A DNA stretch of 64,000 nucleotides from an uncultured Methanomassiliicoccales archaeon (GTDB lineage Archaea; Thermoplasmatota; Thermoplasmata; Methanomassiliicoccales; UBA472), in NCBI GenBank assembly GCA_963695345.1, contig OY968769.1, positions 1,728,001-1,792,000 on the forward strand. The letters run 5' to 3'. This document shows positions 54,091-64,000 of this stretch, piece by piece. The notes under the pieces are model-generated. The model was not told the origin of the DNA and ran no database searches. It saw only the letters and a program-made list of their open reading frames with translations. How positions within the stretch are numbered: position 1 is the first letter of the stretch; each line of letters starts with the position of its first letter. The position numbers and the translations under genes were made by a program.

Positions 54091-55723
54091 TCAGACCAAC
54101 CCCTCCAGGAACCTGGCGAAGGGCAGATCCAGACCGAAGAAGAACAGCGTTATCGGCACCAGCAGGCACCCGGTGAGATGCACCCGGTTCGTTCCGATGC
54201 GGGGCGGGACCATGCCGATCAACGTCGAAGCGATCAGCAGGAGCAGGCCCGGTATGCCGCTCATGAGCAGCACCAGCAGGATCAATGACACCACGATGGC
54301 TTTTGTCATCCGGTCCAGGTCGAGGTCGCCCACCTTGGCCGCGAACAGTCTCCCCAGGCGAAGGGTGATGGCGTAGCCGAGCAGCGCCGCGGCGAACACC
54401 GACAACAGAAGCGCGACCGTCTCTGCGGACGCCACCGACGAGAGCGCCCCGACACCCTCGGCACCGAGCATCTGCTTCACCGCCAGCAGGGCTCCGGTTC
54501 GGCCCTTGCCGGTCACTGCCAGCGCGACGATGCCGAACACCGCCGCGGCTGTGCCCACCGATGAGACCATGGTGATGAACCTCCGGGCACCATCGTCCCC
54601 ATCGTCTCCCCGGCCCGGGTCCAATATCGAGCCGATCATGGTGCCGGTGGTGGAGGTGACGCCCGGGACCCAGCCCACGAACCCGCCGGCCAGCGCCCCG
54701 CCGATGGCGGCCTTGCCGTAGAGGTCCCGGCCGACCTCGGCCGACTGTTTCGGGACCGGTCCGGAGGAGACCGAGGCAAGCAGGGCGGGCAGCCCGAACA
54801 GTCCGGTGAGCAGGGGGAACAGCATGCTTCCATCGGCGCCGTCCCAAACCCCGCCCAATGGCAGCCTCCCGTTCAAGGCAATGAAGCCCAGAAGCCCCGA
54901 TGACATGAGCAGGACCAGGGCGGAGAGCTTTCGGCGGATCCGGTGGCGTCTCACCTTCCATACGCCGTTAACCTCTGCCCTGCCCGCCAGCGTGCCGGCG
55001 CGTGCCCTCACCATCCATTTCCCCTGGGGGTTGTGCAGGATGAACTTCTTTCGGGAGATCCTCTCCAGCCTGCCCCACGCCCTGACCTTCTCCCCCTCCC
55101 GGGGGACCAGAGACGGGAACGCCGATCCGTTCCAGATGGAGGACCGAACCGCGTCGGGCATCGATCGACACAGATATGACCGGGTCATCCCGCTCTCCCA
55201 TCACCAGCAGCACCATGACGATGATGAGGACACCCGGGACGAGCGGTTCGAATCGGCCGTAGAGATCGATCGGACCCGACATGACCACGAACATCGGCAC
55301 CGCCAGGACGATGGCCATACAGGCTCCGGCCAGGCTGCCCTTGGCCGCACAGCTGATGGCATCCAGGCCGTTCCCGGAAAGCAGGAGGCGATGGCCCGGA
55401 AGGACGGAAAGCACAGTGTCCTCGTCCGGTGCTCCCAGGAAGACCGATGGAATGAAATCCACGAAGGAATGCACCACCGAAGCGGAGATGATGACGGAGC
55501 AAACCAGCAGCGGGACGTGAACTGGATCGATGCCAAGCGCCTGGCATGCCGATCCCATCAGGGCGGCTATCCAGGGGTAGGAGACCAGCATGATCAGGGC
55601 CAATGTGTTGACATGGATCCCCGGGGCGATGCCGGTGAACGTGCCCAGGGCCGCCCCGAAGCAGGTGCAGTACAAGACCATCAGGAGCAGTCCGATCTCC
55701 ACGTCCTGTCTATGGAGGTACAT
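54091..55723 (-). CDS. TctA/DUF112-family membrane protein (frameshift near 55110)
   Basis: GIAPGIHVN, FIPSVFLGAP, LPGHRL and GWVPGV motifs. Confidence 0.85.
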
Positions 55724-55805
55724 TACGTCATCCAGCCCGCTACAGTCAGCTTTCGCCGAACGAGAGAACGGTTTAAATCCGTTCGGCGGCATTCATTCCA
55801 ATGCC

Positions 55806-56721
55806 ATGACCCCGGTGATCACAGCCATCAACCTGCGTAAGGAATTCGATGAGCTAGTCGCGGTCGCTGGCATCGATTTTTCCATCGAGGAAGGCGAGTG
55901 CTTCGGCTTCCTCGGACCGAACGGGGCGGGAAAGAGCACGACCATGCGCATGATCTACTGCGTCTCGCCCTTGACCTCCGGCACGCTCAAGGTCCTGGGC
56001 ATGGACGTGAAGGAGGACCACCAGCGCGAGATAAAGGCGCTGATCGGAGTGGTGCCGCAGGAGAACAACCTGGATGTGGACTTTTCCGTGCACAAGAACC
56101 TTACGGTCTATGCCAGGTATTTCCAGGTCGATCCGATGGAGGCTTCGAAGAGGGCCGACGACCTGATCGAGTTCATGCAGCTCAAGGACAAGCGGGATTC
56201 CAAGATAGACGAGCTTTCCGGTGGGCTGAAGCGCAGGCTGATCATCGCCCGGGCGCTGATCAACGACCCCCGAATACTGATCCTCGATGAACCGACCACC
56301 GGTCTCGACCCTCAGGCCAGGCATCTCATATGGGAGAGGGTGAGGGAGCTCAAGAAGCGGAAGGTCACGGTGATCCTCACCACCCATTACATGGATGAGG
56401 CGGAACAGCTCTGCGACCGTCTCATCATACTCGACAAGGGCAAGATCGTCGCCGAGGGAAACCCCCGCGACCTCATCGACCGGCATGTCAGCTCCCAGGT
56501 GCTGGAGATGATCCCGCCCTCGGATGAGCTCATCCAGCTGGTCAAGGAAAACGGATGGAACCACGAAAGTTACGCCGACCGGGTGTTCGTATACACCGAT
56601 GACAGCGCCGCCGTCCTCTCCCGAGATCAAGGGCAAGGTGACGCTCGACCGGAGCATCATCCGGAACGCCACGCTGGAGGACGTATTCCTCAAACTGACC
56701 GGCCGGGGGCTGATCGAATGA
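55806..56721 (+). CDS. NodI-like ABC ATP-binding protein (frameshift near 56622)
   Basis: GPNGAGKS, LSGG and DEPTTG motifs; the alternate frame ends ATLEDVFLKLTGRGLIE*. Confidence 0.9.
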
Positions 56722-57503
56722 GCCTCGTCAGGAACATCAGCTGGCGGTCCTGGGATGCCTGGAGGCGGAACAAGGACGTGTTCCTCAAGACCTGGAAGAC
56801 GAACTTCCTCCCGCCCTTCATCGAACCGGTGCTGTACCTTCTGGCAATGGGCTTCAGCTTCGGGGCGGCGGTGACGCTTCCGCCCTACGAGGGGAGGCAG
56901 ATCAGCTACGTGGCGTTCCTGGCTCCCGGTCTGGTCGCCATATCGATCATGAACAACTCATTCTACGAATGCACCTATGGTTCATTCGTCCGCATGCATT
57001 ATCAGAAGACCTTCGACGCCATGATCGCGACCCCGCTGTCGATCGAGGACGTCATGCTGGGCGAAGTGCTCTGGGGCGCGACCAAGGCCATGATCAATGC
57101 CAGCATAGTCCTGGTGGTGATCGCGGCGGTGGGCGCTGCAAGCTTCCCGGGTCTGCTGCTCATTCCGTTCATCGCCTTTTTCGGAGGCCTGTTGTTCTCA
57201 TCGATGGCATTGATCTTCACCGCCATCGTTCCGAACATCGACTCCTACAACTACCCGTTCTTCCTGTTCATAACTCCCATGTTCCTCCTCAGCGGCACAT
57301 TCTTCCCGCTCTCCCTGCTGCCCTCCTGGGCCGCCGTCGGGGCATACGCTTTGCCGCTGACCCATGTCACGACGCTCACCCGTGACCTCTGCCTGAACAT
57401 GTTCACCATAAACAGCGTGATAAGTATCGTCTACATTGGCCTGCTGGCATTGGTCCTGACCTTGGCCGCCGTGTTCATGATGAAGAGGCGGCTGATCAAG
57501 TGA
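56718..57503 (+). CDS. NodJ-like ABC-2 permease
   Basis: EPVLYL, Y..FLAPG and PMFLLSGTFFP motifs. Confidence 0.9.
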   Translation: MSLVRNISWRSWDAWRRNKDVFLKTWKTNFLPPFIEPVLYLLAMGFSFGAAVTLPPYEGRQISYVAFLAPGLVAISIMNNSFYECTYGSFVRMHYQKTFDAMIATPLSIEDVMLGEVLWGATKAMINASIVLVVIAAVGAASFPGLLLIPFIAFFGGLLFSSMALIFTAIVPNIDSYNYPFFLFITPMFLLSGTFFPLSLLPSWAAVGAYALPLTHVTTLTRDLCLNMFTINSVISIVYIGLLALVLTLAAVFMMKRRLIK

Positions 57504-57518
57504 TGGCATGAAAGTAGG

Positions 57519-58077
57519 CTAGTTCAGAACGACCAGCTTCCCGTCCCTCACCTCAACCTTGACCAGCGTCTTGATCTTCACCTCGAGCTCGGCCTCCAGC
57601 TCTTCCTTCCGGTCCCCCTTTTCTATGACCACGATGATGTCGACGATCTCGACACCCATCCGCCGGAAGGCGGTTACCAGGGCTTTCATCGTGCCGCCCG
57701 TCGAGATGACATCGTCCACGATCACCACCCGGTCCCCGGATTTGATGCCGTTGATGTACATCTCCTTCTCCGAGTATCCGGTGACCTGATGGACGCTCAC
57801 CTCCCCGGGAAGCTGGTAGCGCCTCTTCCTGACCACGTTGTAAGGGATGCCCGGTACGCAGGGAGAGAGGGACCGCCAGCGGTATTCCCATAGCCTCCGG
57901 GGCGACGATATAGTCGCAATTGAAATCCCCCATGTTCTGCATCCGGTCGATGATCTCCTTCATCACTTCGGATTCCATGAAGGGGATGCCGTCGGTGACC
58001 GGGTGAACAAAGTAATCGTAATCGCCCATCCTGACGATGGGGGCTGCCTCCAGGCTCCTCCTGAGGTTCTCCAACAT
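57519..58077 (-). CDS. hpt: Archaeal hypoxanthine/guanine phosphoribosyltransferase (frameshift near 57850)
   Basis: [15 protein letters not shown] and [10 protein letters not shown] motifs. Confidence 0.88.
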
Positions 58078-58185
58078 GTTCGAAAGTAACGACGTTCCGA
58101 CGATTTATAGTCACCCGGAAGGCCGACATGCGCTGATCAGGGCCTGCGAAAGGATTATCGGTTCGCTCCATCGATTGTTCTTATC

Positions 58186-58492
58186 ATGGCCCGGATCAAG
58201 ATAGCCACACTTGCAGACCTCTCAGAGGAAGCAATGACCAAGATCGAGGTGGATGGAAAGATCCATCGTAGTCGGAATGGTGGACGGTAAGCCATACGCC
58301 ATGGAAGGGAGATGCTCCCACATGGGCCAGGACCTTGCCCAAGGTACGAGGGAGGGGCACATCGTCCGCTGCCGCCTCCACGGAGCCGAGTTCGACATTC
58401 GGACCGGCGAGGTGCTGCGCAATATGCAGGCCAGGAAGCTCAACACCTATCCGGTCACGGTCGAAGGGGAAGAGGTCTTCATCGAGCTGTGA
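58186..58492 (+). CDS. Rieske [2Fe-2S] ferredoxin (frameshift near 58258)
   Basis: CSH...CRLH..FD..TG motif. Confidence 0.88.
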
Positions 58493-58502
58493 GGCTCGCT
58501 CC

Positions 58503-59165
58503 TCACTTGGACCTGGACCAGGCGTCCCCGTCCCGGTGAACCGATCCCTCAAGGGAGAGCTCCAGGAGCGTCTCCCGGATTAGGTCCATGGGCACATCTA
58601 TCGAGAACTGCTCCTTGAACGCGACCTGCACGGCCTCTTCGTTCTTGGTCCGGTGAGGGTCTTGGGCAGGATGGTCCGCAGGTCCTCGTGCAGGTTCCAG
58701 GGGAATATGAACCAGGTCCATTCCTCCTTGGGCACGTTGACGCAGAAGAAGTCGGGCTGGATCTTGGAATGGGCGATGTGCAGCAGGGTGGAGCTCTTCA
58801 GTTCCCTGGGCTTCATCTTCATCAAATGGCCCAATGCCAGGATCAGGCTCTCGCCGGTGTCGGTGATGTCGTCGACGATCAGAACGTTGTCGTTGACGAT
58901 GTCCATGCTCAGCTCCTGGGTGAGCAGGGCCTTCCCGTCCTGGTTGGCGGTGACGCCCCAATGCTCGGTCTTGACCGCGTACAGCTTCTTCACCTTGAGG
59001 TGATCGCAGATCAGCCGGGCCGGGACCCAGCCTCCGCGGGTCAGGCCTATGACCACGGTGGGGCGGAAACCGGTCTCGGTGATCTTCCTGGCCACCGTCT
59101 CGGTCCACTAGCGCGATCTCGTCCCAGGTCACCAGTTTGCATCGGAAGCTCTCGACCTTCTCCAT
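58503..59165 (-). CDS. Type I phosphoribosyltransferase (two frameshifts)
   Basis: LVTWDEI, RGGWVPA, VDDITDTG and WFIFPW motifs. Confidence 0.88.
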   Translation of the reverse strand: MEKVESFRCKLVTWDEIALVDRDGGQEDHRDRFPPHRGHRPDPRRLGPGPADLRSPQGEEAVRGQDRALGRHRQPGREGPAHPGAEHGHRQRQRSDRRRHHRHRREPDPGIGPFDEDEAQGTEELHPAAHRPFQDPARLLLRQRAQGGMDLVHIPLEPARGPADHPAQDPHRTKNEEAVQVAFKEQFSIDVPMDLIRETLLELSLEGSVHRDGDAWSRSK

Positions 59166-59259
59166 ATTAACGCCTCGGTCTAGGGCCACGCTTAGCGGAG
59201 CCAGCGGTCGCCGTTCCGGCAATGGCGTTCCATGGAAAATAGTTTGCCTGACGGGACGA

Positions 59260-60891
59260 TCATTCCTGGACCACGACGTCCACGAAACTCATCCGCTGAG
59301 AGTCGAACAGACCCTTGTCTGATAGCTTGAGCTCCGGTACGACCAGAAGCGCCTGGAACGACATGGTCATGAACGGTGCGGTCAGATTGCACCCCATGGA
59401 GTGGGCCATGTTGACCGCCCTGGTCTCCTCCTCGGCCACGGAATGGCACGGGTCCGTGCTCATGAGGCCGGCGACCGGAAGGCGCATGGACTCGTTCCTT
59501 TCCCCGTCGGTGACGTAATAGCCACCCTGCTCGGAGACCCGGTTCACCACCTCCGCCAGGGACGCCGCGTCCGCCCCCACCGCGATGATGTTGTGGGAAT
59601 CATGGGCCACCGTCGAGGCCATCGCTCCCCGCTTGAGATCGAACCCGGACACGAACGCCACCGACACCGGCGCCTCCTGATAGCGGTTCACCACCGCGAT
59701 CAGGTTGATCCCCCTGGCCAGGTCCGGAAGCACCGTGCCGTCGCTCACCTTGAGGAGCGCGGTCTCGCCCCGGCTCTCGATCTCGTCCGGGATCACCCGG
59801 ATGACCCTCACCCTGGCGCTCGAACCGGTAGCCGATATCCCGAACTCGACCGGCTTCCTGTCCTGTCTGAGGATCGCCAGCGGCGCCTTCAACGGGTTCA
59901 CGGCGAACAGGGCCTTGCCGTCCTTGGCCACCAGCTCACCGGCGATGTAGACCTCCCTCACCTTGAAGTCCTTCAGGTCGTCCACGATGACGATGTCGGC
60001 CGGCTTGCCGACGCTGAGGACCCCGCCGGGCAGATAGTAATGCCATGCTGGCCATGCGGTCACCGCCCGGATGGCGTGGATGGGGTCCATGCCCATGGAG
60101 ACCGCTTTCCGGAGCAGGACATCCACGTGTCCTTTCATCAGGTCGGTCGCCCGCAGGTCGTCGGACACCAGGAAACACTCGTTAGCCTTGGCGAACGGCA
60201 TCAGGTCGCGCATGTTCTTCTCCGTGCTGCCCTCTCGTACCATCACCCACATTCCCAGGTGGAACTTCTCCTCCGCCTCGTCCGCGGTCAGGCATTCATG
60301 GTCCGTCCTGATGCCCGCGTTTATGTACTTGACCAGGTCCGGTCCGACGAGTCCCGGGCTGTGCCCGTCGATGGGTTTCCAGAGGGCGTGGGCCGCCTTG
60401 ATCTTGTCCATGACCTCCGGTTCCCCGTTTATGACACCCCGGTAGTTCATGACCTCGCCCAGTGCCACGAACTGTTTCATGCCCAGCAGTTTCTCTATCT
60501 GTTCCGCGTCGATCCTGGCCCCGGCCGTCTCGAACGCGGTCGCCGGGACACAGGAAGGTGCGGTGTAGAATATCCGCAAGGGCACGGACTCGGAATCCTG
60601 GACCATGTACTGGATGCCCTCCATGCCCATTACGTTGGCGATCTCGTGCGGGTCGGATACGGTCGCAGTGGTCCCGTGCGGGACCACCGCCTCGGCGAAG
60701 CGCGATGGGGCAAGCTGCGAGGATTCGATGTGGATGTGGGCATCGATGAAACCGGGAAGGATGAAATGGGATGGCGCCGAATCCACCTTTTCTACCGCCA
60801 GTACCTTTCCGTCCGCGAAGGACAGCTTTGCCGGGTATATTTTTCCTGAAACCACATCGACGAAGTTGCCCGTGATCGACCTGACATCCAT
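59260..60891 (-). CDS. ade: Adenine deaminase
   Basis: DAHIHIESS, DPHEIANV, DHEC and AHDSHN motifs. Confidence 0.95.
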   Translation of the reverse strand: MDVRSITGNFVDVVSGKIYPAKLSFADGKVLAVEKVDSAPSHFILPGFIDAHIHIESSQLAPSRFAEAVVPHGTTATVSDPHEIANVMGMEGIQYMVQDSESVPLRIFYTAPSCVPATAFETAGARIDAEQIEKLLGMKQFVALGEVMNYRGVINGEPEVMDKIKAAHALWKPIDGHSPGLVGPDLVKYINAGIRTDHECLTADEAEEKFHLGMWVMVREGSTEKNMRDLMPFAKANECFLVSDDLRATDLMKGHVDVLLRKAVSMGMDPIHAIRAVTAWPAWHYYLPGGVLSVGKPADIVIVDDLKDFKVREVYIAGELVAKDGKALFAVNPLKAPLAILRQDRKPVEFGISATGSSARVRVIRVIPDEIESRGETALLKVSDGTVLPDLARGINLIAVVNRYQEAPVSVAFVSGFDLKRGAMASTVAHDSHNIIAVGADAASLAEVVNRVSEQGGYYVTDGERNESMRLPVAGLMSTDPCHSVAEEETRAVNMAHSMGCNLTAPFMTMSFQALLVVPELKLSDKGLFDSQRMSFVDVVVQE

Positions 60892-60956
60892 GGGGGAATG
60901 CAGGCATTGTGACGCCAGAAAAAGCTTTTGCCGCGAACATCCGATTAGATGGATCG

Positions 60957-61209
60957 ATGCCATATCCGAGGGAGATCCTGAACCGCCTGAAATGGAAGGA
61001 CGGCAGTCTGGAGGGGGTCAGGGTCACTTATGTGCATCGGGGAGCCCCGGGAGACGTCCTGACGATACCCGGCCGAGGACATCACTCAGCTGGGGCACTC
61101 CTTCTTCTCCACCGCTGACAGCGAGATCCCCTACCATCGGATCGTGTTGATAGAAAGGGGCGGGGAGGTCCTTTTCGATATCAAGGACATTCGAAAAGAA
61201 AGAGAATAG
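60957..61209 (+). CDS. DUF504/MJ1316 RNA-repair domain protein (frameshift near 61070)
   Basis: REILNRLKW, YVHRGAPG and IPYHRI motifs. Confidence 0.85.
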
Positions 61210-61227
61210 CACCACCTAGAGGTGGTG
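61210..61227. terminator. Hairpin between convergent genes
   Basis: caccacc-taga-ggtggtg, followed by a T-rich tract on the - strand. Confidence 0.55.
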
Positions 61228-61238
61228 AAGGGGTTTGA

Positions 61239-61910
61239 TCACCTGGACTTAGGCTCGTTGCAGTTCGGGCAGGCGTGCATGAAGGACGGGTACTGGACTC
61301 CGCACTTGCTGCACTTGATCATTTCTGTCTTCTGGTCTTCTTCTTCTGCTCGGCCGTTGCCTGGTCCTGCTTTATCCCCTCACGCAGCGTCTGCATCTGG
61401 TCCTTGTTGCGGTGCCTGCTGGTACTGCGGTGCGGGTTGCTGATAGGCCTGCTGATATTGGGCAGGTGCCTGTTGCTGCGGCGCCTGTTGAGGCGGGGCG
61501 ACGGTCGCATTCTGCGGCTGGTACTGTTGGTACTGCGGCTGGAACACTTCCTGCATCCTTACATAGCCGAGGATGAGCAGTATTCCTGGAATGCCTCCGG
61601 CGAAAAGACCGATGATCCCGAGGATCAGCATGCGGTCGCTCGCTTCCTTGAACTTGCCCTGGTCGAGGATGTCGAAGAGCATCCCCTTCAGGAGGACGGC
61701 GAACGCAAATGCGATGATCGCATCGACGATGTAGAGCACTCCCAGGAACCTGTCCCATGTCATCAGGTTGACGATTCCAACGAGTAACAACAGGACTCCC
61801 AGGACTCCAGCGATTATCTGAGCCCAGTAAGCTAGCTTTCTTGCCTCAGCGACGCTTGCGGGAAGCCATGGGGGGCCGACCGGGTTCGCCATGTACGGTA
61901 TTGATGCCAT
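61239..61910 (-). CDS. Membrane protein with Q/P-rich linker and C-terminal zinc ribbon
   Basis: 3 TM segments, QQAP repeats, and CSKCG...CPNC downstream of the TGA at 61380. Confidence 0.75.
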
Positions 61911-62147
61911 AATCTATGTCTCCCATCTCTAATAATGCCCAGATATTGCACTGGACTATGGATTGCGAAAGGCATTCAGGTATAATGAATGTATCGAATG
62001 GCCGGCGATGCGAGAATAAGTCACCAGAACATGCGGGTATCCATTGGCTCGTTTCTAGACCTATCCAGATGTTCTCATTATTAATCTAATTTACAATAGA
62101 TTTATATATTGAATCCCTTGTACGAAGGAATAACAAAGTGTGAACTG

Positions 62148-62906
62148 ATGAAGCATAATGATTTCAAGGTGATCTACGACCGACTGAACGAGCCGGCGGA
62201 CATCACCAAACTCTCTCAGGAACTCGGTCTTGACCTTGAGCTCTTGGATGTAATTTTTACACAGCGAACGGTCCGCGAGACCACCAAAAGCTTCTACAAG
62301 GTTCAGAGGAACGCGCAGAAGCTGGTCTATGACTGGAATCACGGACTGACCCTGCTCGAGGTGGCGAGGAAATGGAACTTCCCGCCCATCCTGACCGGTC
62401 TGATGATCTACCAGGTGAGCGGCCGTTCGAAGAAACAGTTCTGGAACATGGTCCGCAATGTGGACACCATACCGACGAGTCGCTGAGGCAACAGATCAAA
62501 GAGATAACCGAAGAGGACCTCGGTCTATTCTCCCTGGGCCACGGAGAAGCAGTACAAACGGGGGACCTGGGGCGAGGAGAAGCTGCAATGCTGGCTTGAT
62601 GGCCAGAATATCACCTACCGGACGGAAAAGGACCTCCGCGGAGAATTCCCGAAGACTCCGGACTGTCTTCTCGACAAGCCCATCAAGGTCAACGGATGGG
62701 ATGTCAACTGGATCGAGTCCAAGGCCACGTTCGGCGACCGGGTCGAGGTGAACAAGAACATGAAGAAACAGCTGGAGCCATACCTGGAGCTATTCGGAAA
62801 GGGCGTGGTCATCTACTGGTTCGGTTTCGTGGATGAGATAACCCCGCCCGAGGGGATCTACATATCGGATGCGTCCATCACCAACCTCATTTGCAGGATG
62901 CCTTAA
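62148..62906 (+). CDS. TPD-motif / C15orf41(CDIN1)-like PD-(D/E)XK nuclease (two compensating indels at 62475-62525)
   Basis: Hand translation gives YRTEKDLR..KTPDCLL...WIESKATFG...GVVIYWFGF. Confidence 0.85.
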
Positions 62907-62948
62907 CCAGATGGCAACCGACAAATATCCACAGCACATCTTTTGACC

Positions 62949-63933
62949 GTGGACCCTGAGTTCATTTCCGCCAGCGACCTTGAACGATTCGGCTATTGCC
63001 CCCTCAGCTGGTGGCAAGGGCCGGACGGCCCAGGCAAGCTCGGAAGCGCTGAAGCAGGGGACCAAGAACCATGACCGGATATCCGACGACCTCAGATCCA
63101 TCATGGTCAGCGAGGAGAAGGCCGGTTCCTGGGAAAGGGCGGTGCTGTGGTTCTCGGCGGTATCCACCCTAATGGCCATCGTCGGATTCCTAGTGACCGA
63201 GTCCGAGACCCTCAATGGGTGGCACTGGACTCCTGACATTGCTGTCAGTTTTCTGGGTCGCCTGCCGTTTCCGTCCTGGTATACAGCGTCTCCGCCCAAG
63301 GAAAACGGAAACATCCGCAAGGAACGTCTGATCGCGGTCGCCGGCATCGTGGTAATGGTGTTGGCGCTGAACGCGGTGACATTGCTTCAGGTCGACCAGG
63401 AAGTGGCCGGGATATTCGAGGTCCTGGCGCTGATATGGCTCATGGGAGCTAGCTTCGCCCTCTACTATTCGCTCATGGCGGAGAGCCTGGCCAAGAAGAA
63501 GCGCAGCAAGGTCAACGTGGACGGCAAGTTGCTGTATGTCGGAACCGATGACCAGAGGTTGTTGGTATCGGACAGGTACAAGCTCACCGGCCGTCCCGAC
63601 TACATTCTGATGGTGGGCAACGAGCGGATCCCGGTCGACCTGAAGACTGGAAGGCAACCCCGGGGGCCGCTCTTCTCTCACATCCTTCAGATCGCGGCCT
63701 ATTGCCTGCTTCTGAGCGACGAGACCGGAAAGCGCGTGTCCCGCGGCATCCTGAAGTACGGCGACGTCGAGCATGAGATCGAGTTCGACGACGAGCTCGA
63801 AAGCCTTCTGCTGGGAAAACTTGACGAGATGCGTGCGCTGATGAGGAGCGGTGAAGTGCACCGCAATCACAACCGTATCGGCAAGTGTGTAGGGTGTTCC
63901 CGCAAAGAGAACTGCCCTGAACGTCTCGATTGA
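62949..63933 (+). CDS. Solo Cas4-family nuclease with internal transmembrane insert (frameshifted)
   Basis: ISASDLERFGYCP; G..H; GRPD..VDLK; Q...Y; CxxC-x5-C; hydrophobic block at ~63140-63480. Confidence 0.82.
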
Positions 63934-64000
63934 TCACTCGATCGTGACGCTCTTTGCCAGGTTCTTCGGTTTATCTATGGAGCAGTTCCTCTTCTTGGCA
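63934..64000 (-). CDS. glmS: 3' end of glucosamine-6-phosphate synthase
   Basis: Hand translation ...IDKPKNLAKSVTIE*, the GlmS C-terminal signature. Confidence 0.85.
   Translation of the reverse strand, partial: AKKRNCSIDKPKNLAKSVTIE

Noticed and set aside
55590-57503. Fused ABC ATPase-permease ORF of 637 aa
   Set aside because: The normal ATPase C-terminus (TLEDVFLKLTG) and an ATGA overlap exist in another frame, so the fusion is an indel artefact
59100-59115. In-frame TAG in the PRTase gene as a pyrrolysine codon
   Set aside because: The TAG is not in frame with the upstream part; one inserted base explains it

Overview
Archaeal chromosome segment, most likely Thermoplasmata/Methanomassiliicoccales (inferred from gene content and ribosomal-protein features). 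From left to right it holds: the start of a secreted protein; two paralogous BspA-LRR/FN3 surface proteins; homospermidine synthase; a complete chemotaxis cluster (cheD, two cheC, cheA, cheB, cheY, cheW, three soluble PAS/poly-HAMP receptors, divergent cheR) with no cheF or archaellum genes; an ABC-2 exporter; USP; RaSEA; the S10-spc ribosomal superoperon through secY-DUF106-cmk-cbf5; a DNA-repair locus (MBL nuclease, inactive RadA, small helical protein, PolB2); a TctA-like protein; a NodIJ-like ABC pair; a purine-salvage cluster; a TPD/CDIN1-like nuclease; a Cas4-family nuclease with a membrane insert; and the glmS 3' end. Many genes, including essential ones, carry 1-nt frameshifts that are almost certainly assembly errors. 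The best candidates for something new are: (1) a 21-nt motif at fixed spacing upstream of the TATA boxes of the receptor operons and usp, suggesting an undescribed chemotaxis regulon; (2) a conserved C-terminal tail on all three receptors; (3) a solo Cas4 with a multi-TM insert beside a CDIN1-like nuclease; (4) a structured RBS-occluding leader before rpl3; (5) PIP-box-bearing partners around PolB2. No rRNA, tRNA, CRISPR array or IS element was recognised.
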